Origin: Atractiella rhizophila
Lineage: Eukaryota
Direction of reading: 5' to 3'
DNA length: 20,000 bases
NCBI GenBank assembly: GCA_021432655.1
Contig: MU271422.1
Span: forward strand, 47,377-67,376
This document shows, piece after piece, positions 1 to 8,143 of this stretch; positions within the stretch are counted from its first letter, which is position 1; every line of letters begins with the position of its first letter. The notes below the pieces were generated by a model. It made no database searches, was not told where the DNA came from, and saw only the letters and a list, made by a program, of their open reading frames with translations. Position numbers and translations under genes: made by a program.

Positions 1-446
1 TGGGTATGTCTCCTAAAAATTCAACTGTGATTAATAAATGCTCCTTGCTTTTGAAACGTTTTGAGTAGATCCATTTGAGCCCCATCAGACACAACATGTC
101 AGTTTTAATCGCCACATTAGGAGTCAAACCAAACACCAGGCAAACGTCTTTCTACGGAGTTAATTCTGTCAGGATGGAGGGCTTTTCTTTGACAATTTGC
201 ACAAGTTCCAACTCCAAAGAGTCAATACTTGATTTGCCTCTAAGGCGGTATCCCATTCCAGCACGCAAAATATTTACTCGTGAGCAATGTTCACTGTAGC
301 ATGCATCGCTAACGTGCGTTTTGGTTCAGTTAAGACTCTTTTCACCCAACTGCGCTTTTCAAATCCTTCCGTTCGTTCTTCACAACCTTCGGGTTGAGTC
401 AACAATTGTGCATAATATCCAGGCACATTCCAGCCTTGTCTCTGTC

Positions 447-886
447 TTATCCGTCGAATCTGAAAACCTCCTCCGTTTGACCCCACCACGATGGAGCACC
501 TTGACTGGCGGCATAACTTCCCAGCGCTCCGTCAACTGGGCTCGTTTGCATTCCATCTGTCATGGACCACCACTCTTGAACTGTCGGATTGGCAGCCATG
601 GCAGCCATATCGGCGTCCCAGTCCGTTCCGACGTATTTGAAGCTGGCGAAAAGTACGCTTCTCGAGGCGTCGAAGAAGATGGAATCTGTGTCAAACCATA
701 AGTTCATCATAGAAGTAATGTGCAGGTGTATTCCCTACAATCGACGATGTTCGAGTCTTTGATCTGCTCCAAGACAGCCGGCCAAACTGCAGCATGGCAC
801 TGCTTGTACTCCTCAACTCTGTCTTTCTTCACATGGATCCATTGAGCAATGCGCTTTGGTTCTCCTGTCGACTTTGGTGAGCCCAT
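447..886 (-). CDS. rhaM: L-rhamnose mutarotase (RhaM/DUF718 family), 2 exons
   Basis: ATG at 886; exon 1 886-739 (MGSPKSTGEPKRIAQWIHVKKDRVEEYKQCHAAVWPAVLEQIKDSNIVD), GT-AG intron 738-686, exon 2 685-447 (YSIFFD...FKYVGTDWDADMAAMAANPTVQEWW...EEVFRFDG*). The EEYxxxHxxVWP, YSIF, QEWW and EEVF motifs match the RhaM family. Confidence 0.93.
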
Positions 887-1196
887 GGCGGCAAGGTGTT
901 TTCAAGGTTAAGGCAGCTCTGCTTCAAGATCCGAGACGCCGGCACTGTAGAAGAGGAGGGAGGTTGATCCTCATTGCAGAAAAGAGCTGCACCTTCTTAA
1001 GTAGATCGATGGCACTCGATGGTATTTTGCGGACTAACGGCCCGTCCTGCCACCCTAGTCTGTCTTTTTCGATACTCTGCGCTACGTAAACCAAGACTGG
1101 ATCGTGAACAGCAGCGTATGCTCGTGCGCTTACAAGGATATTCATGCCAATGTTACAACATATACAGGACGGTTTATACATGCGAACGCTACCATG

Positions 1197-1723
1197 TTAC
1201 TTCCTGTTGAGTTCCTCTTGACGCTGAAGAACAATTTTCAATGCTTAAGTCACTTTGGGGGCGGAACACGAACCTTTCTCAACTCATCCCGTCCCAAAGG
1301 CTCCTCCAAGCTATGAGCAGTCTCCTTGGAGGGGATATGAGGTCCGGGGGCGGTCTGAACGCCAGCCCCTCCACCGAAGAATTTAGCGTCGTGACGCTTC
1401 CAATCCTCTTCCTTCAAATCACTGGGATCGTTCGTTTTCGCGGGGTGAGGGCTAAAATCCACATCAGCCTTTAAACGACAGAGGAGATTGAGAGACATAC
1501 AGAATACCAAAGCTTCCACCCTTCCCGTCCCCATGTAACCCCCTGACTTCTTTAGGATTGTTATGAGCACCATGTTGTCCTTGCTGAGGTCCTGTGGGAG
1601 GATGTGGCCTGTGAAGCTCTGTCAGCTCAGCAAGAGACGGTGGCAAGAACAGGTATACAGAATGCTGTATATTTTGTCCTTGAGACTGTGTCGATCATTC
1701 TCGTTGGGATTGTCAATAGTCAT
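1197..1723 (-). CDS. Small hydrophilic hypothetical protein, 125 aa, 4 exons
   Basis: Exons 1723-1659, 1608-1501, 1451-1274 and 1223-1197, joined by three 49-50 nt GT-AG introns, give one open frame: MTIDNPNENDRHSLKDKIYSILPHPPTGPQQGQHG...GSFGILPHPAKTNDPSDLKEEDW...PGPHIPSKETAHSLEEPLGRDELRKRQEELNRK*. No function recognised. Confidence 0.8.
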
Positions 1724-1802
1724 CGTGATTCAAGTAATATGAACGGTAGCTGAATTTCTGATTCGATAAATGTGTTCTGGACTGGACGAAAGGGAAACAG
1801 AA

Positions 1803-1884
1803 CCTTTTATGCAGCAAAGGAGTGACGTCAGTATGTGCGCGTACCTTGACTTGACTCGTTGAGCCTGACGTTCAGTTCACGTGA
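1803..1884 (-). promoter_or_regulatory. Putative promoter motifs of the small hypothetical gene (CRE palindrome, second TGACGT, E-box)
   Basis: TGACGTCA at 1823-1830, TGACGT at 1866-1871, TCACGTGA at 1877-1884 and ATAAAAGG on the minus strand at 1810-1803, all 80-160 nt upstream of the ATG at 1723. Motif matches only. Confidence 0.35.
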
Positions 1885-2175
1885 CTACGCTACAGTGAGC
1901 TTAGGTGCAACGATCGACTTCTATTGAGTGTATATACCTGCTCCTGCATAACAAGAAATAGAACGACTGCATCATACTCTGCTAGCACGCACGATATCCA
2001 TCCAAAATCCCATCCTTCCTCACTCTGCACTCGATGACTGCTTCGAAAGGAAGAAAACCATGTACACGAAACCGACACATCAATAAAAAGCTCTACCAAC
2101 TGGTGTCTCGTTGTCGTCGTAATGGTCTGTTCTATGATGCTCTTTAGGATTGGGATCCCTCGTAAGCGACGGCTT

Positions 2176-3603
2176 AATCCATGGGACGACACGAACATGC
2201 TGTTATAAGGCCTGGAGGAATGGTGAGCTTTGGGCATAGGTTGGATAAAGATGCTTACTTGACGATCCCACCACGAATGAACTTGAGATCTTTCGTCACT
2301 ACATATGAAGGACGTCAGCCCGTGTGTCCACAGACAGGACCAAGTTCTATATGTACCGAAGTACTAAGCCTCTGCATCACTAGTTTCAGAAACTTCGTCG
2401 ATACATAGACCGCTATCATAGAGACCAGCGGGTGCGATTCTCTTTTCTTGTCATCTTTCAGCAACAAAAAGAACGCTCCAGCAATCATGCTAAATTAGGA
2501 AGACAAAGAGCTCTCAAACCTCACAAACGAAACGAGAGGACTATATAGAACCTGCACCTAACACACCACACCCAAAACGACCTGCCTTATCGAAGACGAA
2601 GGCACATACAGTTCACACCTTTAATTGCGGTGACAAAACGTATGATCGGTGGATAAAGGAGAAGCTTGGGAACTGCAAAAAGGGATGCATTTGAAGAAGA
2701 TGCCGAGAGATGTCTCCCCTTCGTCCATCCAGCAACATCTTAGCCACCTTTCTCTCCCTCCAAGGCCGTAGAATCGACATCACATCCGCGGAGCGCGCTA
2801 TATTCAGGGAGCCACGTCTCTCTCTATATATAACGACCAATGTGCGGAGAGAACATGGAGAGCCGACTTTCATCAAGGTAGCAGAGATGCTGAAGTGACA
2901 GGAGTTCGGGATACGAAACTCTGGACCGACTTTTCGCTTTCAACCTAAAGCTTTGCGCTCGACACCCTGGAGTTCTCCATCTCCACCTCTTTAAGGTAAG
3001 ATGACGCAAGGATTGGAGTTTAAAAGGTAGCCTCCTTTCTCCCTTCAAGCACAGCAGCGGATTACTGTAAACACGACAGTTTCTTCCCGCATATAAGGAA
3101 AGACAAAAGAACCCCTGGAATGTTGAAACTTTTGGAGAAAGAACACTCACGACTCCACCTGAGCACTTCCACCATCCTTCCTAGCTCATCCTCGCTCTCT
3201 CCAATCATAGCGAATATATCAGGTCTATCGAGGTAACACCAGTACTCCAAGTTTCCCACCGGCTCGAGGAGGTTCGACGGCAGACTCAATCTGACAGCGG
3301 CGAGATCTACCACCAGTCACCAGTTCATCCCGCGCAAAAAAAGCATCCAAGCGTACCCTTGACGCCCAACATCTTCTTCAGTATCCCCAACAGCTGTTTG
3401 ACCCTGCTCCCTTCGCTCTGCACCTCCCCATCACGGACGGAGACCATGTCTGCGGCGTCCGGATGGATGACGACCGCCTCCCCGTTCTCGTCTTCGTACG
3501 ACTCTCCCAGTGCGGTGGGCGTGAGAGAGAGCGTGCTGGGTGTGGGAGACTTGAGTGGACTGGGAGGGGCGGAGGGAGACTTGGAGGGTCTGAGCCAGGA
3601 CAT
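2176..3603 (-). pseudogene. OSBP/Osh-family gene copy B: exons 1-4 only (~152 codons), truncated inside intron 4
   Basis: Same peptide as copy A (MSWLRPSK...LGVKDLAAVRLSLPSNLLEPVGNLEYW...LTKDLKFIRGGIVKPYNS). Homology stops at 2176, before the LGEQF and EQxxHHPP exons. It may instead be a mis-assembled allele. Confidence 0.7.
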
Positions 3604-3790
3604 GGTGGTTTATTTCTAGCCTAGACTGGAAGGTGGCTCTTGAAAGAGGGAGAGGTGATAAGGAGATAGTAAGGTGGAAGAGGCTGAAGGAAGAGTTGGG
3701 ATGGAAACAAAGAAAGAAACGTTGGTTGATTGGTTGACTGGGTTGATGCAAGATGCAAGCGGAACGTGTTCCGAACTCCGCCAATCGTAA
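2176..3790. repeat. Direct duplication, copy B (~1.6 kb; partner 4831-6451)
   Basis: Colinear near-identity with 4831-6451, from AATCCATGGG (2176/4831) to GCCAATCGTAA (3790/6451). The flanks are unrelated on both sides. Confidence 0.97.
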
Positions 3791-6267
3791 TCCTCACCGC
3801 GGGTCCGCTTCCAGGTCATCTTTGTACGCCAGGACCCTTCAAAGGTGGCAACGATCCGATCGGCGGGCACATCCTTCATCATCCACTTCTCTTCCGTTTC
3901 ATTGTTGCATTCATAAATGACGCCCTTGATCGCGAAACGTGGACGACTGATCCATCCCTGCATCGAAACATCAGATAAGCTCAATGAGAACACGGCTGAA
4001 AATGACACACCTCATCTAGGTATTGAGTAATGGCGCGCAATGATTTACCGTTCGAATTAGCTCGACGGCAGGTGATTGAAGTCTGTTCAGTGATGGTAAC
4101 GTATGGCGAGAGCTTCACGATGCCCACGATAGAAGCGACCGGATGGGTAATCTGTTACCAGTGATGCGCATCGCATGAGGCTTTCCCTTTCTTTGGGGAG
4201 AGGCGAGTGAGACGGACCTGATACTCTTCACCGCGCTCGGGAAGGTTGACGAAGATGCCCAAGTTCTTGACTCCGGGATAGATCTTGAGGCCTATTCATT
4301 CTCAACTAGTTGCAGCACAATCGCTGGAAAACACACTCGTTCCCGTAAATCGACCGCTGATCTGATCGATCCCGTAAGCTTGTATCCGTCGAGCTCCATC
4401 GTCGACGACGGTTTCATACCAGAATGAAGATATAGGCGGGTGATGGCAGATCTATTTGATAAACATCAACACCCCATCTTTTCGTTTATTAGTAAAATCT
4501 GTTCACCTGTTCGGTGAGGAAGACGGATCTCGCTTTCTTTCCATCACCTCCACGGCTGGGTCGTGTCGTATGAGTCTCAACAGAAGAAGACGAAGAGCTA
4601 GAAGCGCTGCTATTGACATTCAACGAGCTATTCGCGGGAGAAGGGTTGATGCTAGAGCTGGAAGAGCTAGCCGGAGCTGAGGTCGAAGTAGAGGCAGTAG
4701 CACTTCCCAATTCCAGGAGACCCTCACTGACGAGAAGGTCCCCAGAAGCCGGATCCGTGGAGGCGATGGAGGTATCCCAACAGCAGCGAAATTGTTCTCC
4801 CAAACTGTGTGACTGATTAGGGGAGGAAAGAATCCATGGGACGACACGAACATGCTGTTATAAGGCCTGGAGGAATGGTGAGCTTTGAGCATAGGTTGAC
4901 TAAGATACTCACTTGACGATCCCACCACGAATGAACTTGAGGTCTTTCGTCACTACAGATGAAGGACGTCAGCCTATTTATCCCCAGAGACAAGACCAAG
5001 TACTGAAGGACTAAGCGCTCTGCATCACAAGTTTGAGAACCTCCGTCGAAGCGCAAATACATAGACCGCTATCATAGAGACCAGTGTGTGCGATTCTCTT
5101 TTCTTGTCATCTTTCAGCAACAAAATGAACGCTCCAACAATCATGCTAAATCGGGAGAGTGATAGGTGTCTCAAACCTGACGAACGAAACGAGAGGACAA
5201 TATAGAATCCGCACTAAACACACCACACCCAAAATGACCTGCCTTATCGAAGACGAAGGCACATACAGTTCACACCCTTAATCGGGGTGACAAAAGGTAT
5301 GACTGGTGGGTAAAGGAGAAGCCAGGAACTGCAAAATGGGATGCATTTGAAGAAAATGCCGAGAAATGTGTCTCCTTCGTCCATCCAGCAACATCTTAGC
5401 CACCTTTCTCTCTCTCCAAGGCCGTAGAATCGACATCACATCCGCGGAGCGCGCAATATTCAGGGAGCCACGTCTCTCTCTATATATAACTACCATGGGG
5501 AGAAGTGCGGAGAGAACATGGAGAACCGACTTTAATCAAGGTAGTAGAGATGCTGAAGTGACAGGAGTTCGGGATACGAAACTCTGGACCGACTTTTCGC
5601 CTTCAACCAAAAGCTTCGCGCTCGACACCCTGGAGTTCTCCATCTCCACCTCTTTAAGGTAAGATGACGCAAGGATTGGAGTTTAAGAGCTAGCCTCCGT
5701 TCTCCCTTCAAGCCCAGCAGCGGATTACTGTAAACACGACAGTTTTCTTCCCACATTTAAGGAAAGACAAAAGAACCCCTGGAATGTTGAAACTTTTGGA
5801 GAAAGAACACTCACGACTCCACCTGAGGACCTCCACCATCCTACCCAACTCATCCTCGCTCTCTCCAATCATAGCGAATATATCAGGTCTATCGAGGTAA
5901 CACCAGTACTCCAAGTTTCCCACCGGCTCGAGGAGGTTCGACGGCAGACTCAATCTGACAGCGGCGAGATCTACCAGCAGTCACAAGTTCATCCCGCCCA
6001 AAAAAAGCATCCAAACGTACCTTTGACGCCCAACATCTTCTTCAGTATCCCCAACAGCTGTTTGACCCTGCTCCCTTCGCTCTGCACCTCCCCATCACGA
6101 ACGGAGACCATGTCTGCGGCGTCCGGATGGATGACGACCGCCTCTCCGTTCTCGTCTTCGTACGACTCTCCCAGTGCGGTGGGCGTGAGAGAGAGCGTGC
6201 TGGGTGTGGGAGACTTGAGTGGGCTTGGAGGGGCGGAGGGAGACTTGGAGGGTCTGAGCCAGGACAT
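3791..6267 (-). CDS. Oxysterol-binding protein (OSBP/ORP, short Osh-type) copy A; multi-exon, C-terminus apparently missing
   Basis: Exons 6267-6021, 5970-5815, 4952-4913, 4866-4852 (15-nt micro-exon), 4804 onward. Encodes DLAAVRLSLPxxLLEP, KPYNSILGEQF, the ORP signature EQICHHPP, and beta-barrel segments up to FEGSWRTKMTWKRTRGED. At 3790 it runs into the duplicated upstream region, where the frame stays open to a stop at 3616. Confidence 0.88.
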
Positions 6268-6451
6268 GGTTTATTTCTAGCCTAGACTCGAAGGTGGCTC
6301 TTGAAAGAGGGAGAGGTGATAAGGAGATGGTAAGGTGGAAGAGGCTGAAGGAAGAGTTGGGATGGAAACAAAGAAAGAAACGTTGGTTGATTGGTTGACT
6401 GGGTTGATGCAAGATGCAAGCGGAACGTGTTCCGAACTCCGCCAATCGTAA
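4831..6451. repeat. Direct duplication, copy A (~1.6 kb; partner 2176-3790)
   Basis: Partner of copy B. Covers ~185 nt of upstream sequence, exons 1-4 and the long intron 2 of the OSBP gene. Confidence 0.97.
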
Positions 6452-6625
6452 CTTCGTTCCTTTTCACGAGCTGCATTCGGACCTTTTGTTTATTTACGTA
6501 ACGCGTCCCCTCACTTGCGCGTCAATTCATCCATCTTACGCGTCCGTTCTTCCCTCCCATAAATCTCACAATCTTACCTTCTCTCTCAGACTGCCTCGAG
6601 CGTCAAACACAACGAGAGAAACATC
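6268..6625. promoter_or_regulatory. Divergent intergenic/promoter region between the OSBP and PAC1-like genes
   Basis: 358 nt between head-to-head ATGs. ACGCGT at 6501-6506 and 6538-6543, GCGCGT at 6517-6522, forkhead-like TATTTAC at 6491-6497, inverted repeat CGGAAC-GT-GTTCCG at 6421-6434. Confidence 0.5.
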
Positions 6626-7565
6626 ATGGACCTCTTCGCTCCCCGTGTTGCCTCCCAACCAGCTGCATATCAGGTCGAATCCGACAGTGAAGAGAGTGAG
6701 TTCGAAGACGAGGCTGGGTTGCGGTTGCATCCTCGTCGCTCTCATCGTAAAGAAGAAGCTAAGATCGAGGTGGAATTTGAGGGAGAGAAGGGGAGGAAGG
6801 TCGAGGTTGGGTTTGGATTTGAGAAGGAGGAGAGGGGAGAGAGGGTTGGAAGGGTGTTGATTGATGGTGAAGAGGTGTGTTTTTGTCTTTGTTGCATCCT
6901 TCCTTGGTGCAGTGTCCATGAGAAGGGGAAGCTTGTGTTTATTCCTTGTGTAACTCATCGCGAGTTGTATCACTACTCCATTTCATTCTACGCGACATCA
7001 TCGATACTGCAGAAGCCAGCAAACCATCGCACAAGGCTTCATGCTCACAGCGCATAAGAATGGTATTCTAACCAATTCTAACCCATTATTGACGCATGAT
7101 TTCGCACAGATCGGACAAATCCATTCCCACGCCTCCACCAACACCCTCACCCTACACATCCCTCCCACCCTTCCGCTCCCCACCCTCTGGTCCCTCTCCA
7201 CCGCCCTCCTCAGCACACTCTCCCCCTCCTCCCTCCTCCTCCTCCTCCCCCACTCCACAACCGCCTACCTCCGCACCTCCCCCTCCTCTCCTCCCATCCC
7301 AAAAACCTCACCTCGCCCCGCACCACCCCTCCAACCCCCAACGCTGTTGACCGGCGCACCAGCGGCGCTTATGGCCCTTGCGAATGCCCATGGAGTGGAG
7401 TGTACGGCGGTGTGTGTGCAGAGGGGGAGTGCTGTGCCGCCTGGGATGGTGGATTATGGACTTTCGGCGGAGGGTGGAGAGGGGGAGGTGGAGGGGTGGA
7501 AGGCGGTGAAGGTTAGGAAGGATAAGGGGAGGAAGGACAGGGGCGATTCTGGAATGTATATTTGA
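6626..7565 (+). CDS. Probable proteasome assembly chaperone 1 (PAC1/Pba1/PSMG1)-like protein, 234 aa, 2 exons
   Basis: Exon 1 6626-6874, GT-AG intron 6875-7109 and exon 2 7110-7565 join in frame. Acidic N-terminal YQVESDSEESEFEDE, a PPLQPPTLLTGAPAALM motif resembling PAC1's LExPNxxxxLPAA, and a C-terminal HbYX tripeptide MYI. The gene model is firm; the family call is moderate. Confidence 0.7.
6919..7052 (+). ncRNA. Candidate intronic snR30/U17-like H/ACA RNA
   Basis: TATTCC (6940-6945) and AAACCAT (7021-7027) lie on opposite sides of an 11-bp stem (6928-6938/7029-7040); ACA at 7047-7049. The m2-to-ACA spacing is non-canonical and no H box is evident. Confidence 0.25.
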
Positions 7566-8143
7566 GAGATGGTGGATGGAATGGCGGCTGGAATTGTGTT
7601 GTGAGTTGTTGTGTAGCATTCAAGTTTGTGGTGCAACGAAATTAAGTCCGAAATGTCATTATGAGTTACGGCAGGACAGCTTGGGACTTGCATCCAACAA
7701 CCGCATCGTCAACAGCAGGTGCCAGTGCTCGAACTAAACAAACTTAGTCAACCCCATCAGCAAGCCAAGTCGTGCCAATCGCTTCCATCCGTGTTTGTGT
7801 TTCCACAAAAGGGAAGCGTAACTTCGATTTAAGTGAAGTATCTGCGGATCTGAACTCCGTCATTACCATCACTGCCGCTCATGACCAATTGTAAAGCTTC
7901 CCGTTCAGTTTGTTTTCGTCGTTCGCGGCTTACTCGGGCCCCGAGCTTTCGTACGATCATTGGCGTACAAAGGACTATGAGAGGCGATAATAAATACACG
8001 GTCAACGGGAAGTCCGACCAGGACGTCGCCTAAATAAAGGCTCGTGAGAGGAAGAGGAATGTTCTCTCCACGGTCGAAGCGATTCCCGAGACCTATTAGT
8101 AGCTTAGGAGGTGACTGCCAGCGTCAGGAGAGAAAGAGGGAAA

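Noticed and set aside
3720..3748. TTGGTTGA-type triple tandem repeat (also at 6382-6408)
   Set aside because: Short degenerate repeat in the promoter/5'UTR with no spacers; not CRISPR-like.
5278..5496. Nested ORF in the OSBP long intron (VVIYRERRGSLNIARS…) shared by both copies
   Set aside because: Three silent differences are followed by several missense changes and indels, and starts and stops differ between copies. Sharing is explained by the duplication.
5640..5668. Minus-strand CTTACCTTAA resembling the U1 snRNA 5' end
   Set aside because: It is just the reverse complement of a donor-like GGTAAG. I found no U1 loops or Sm site.
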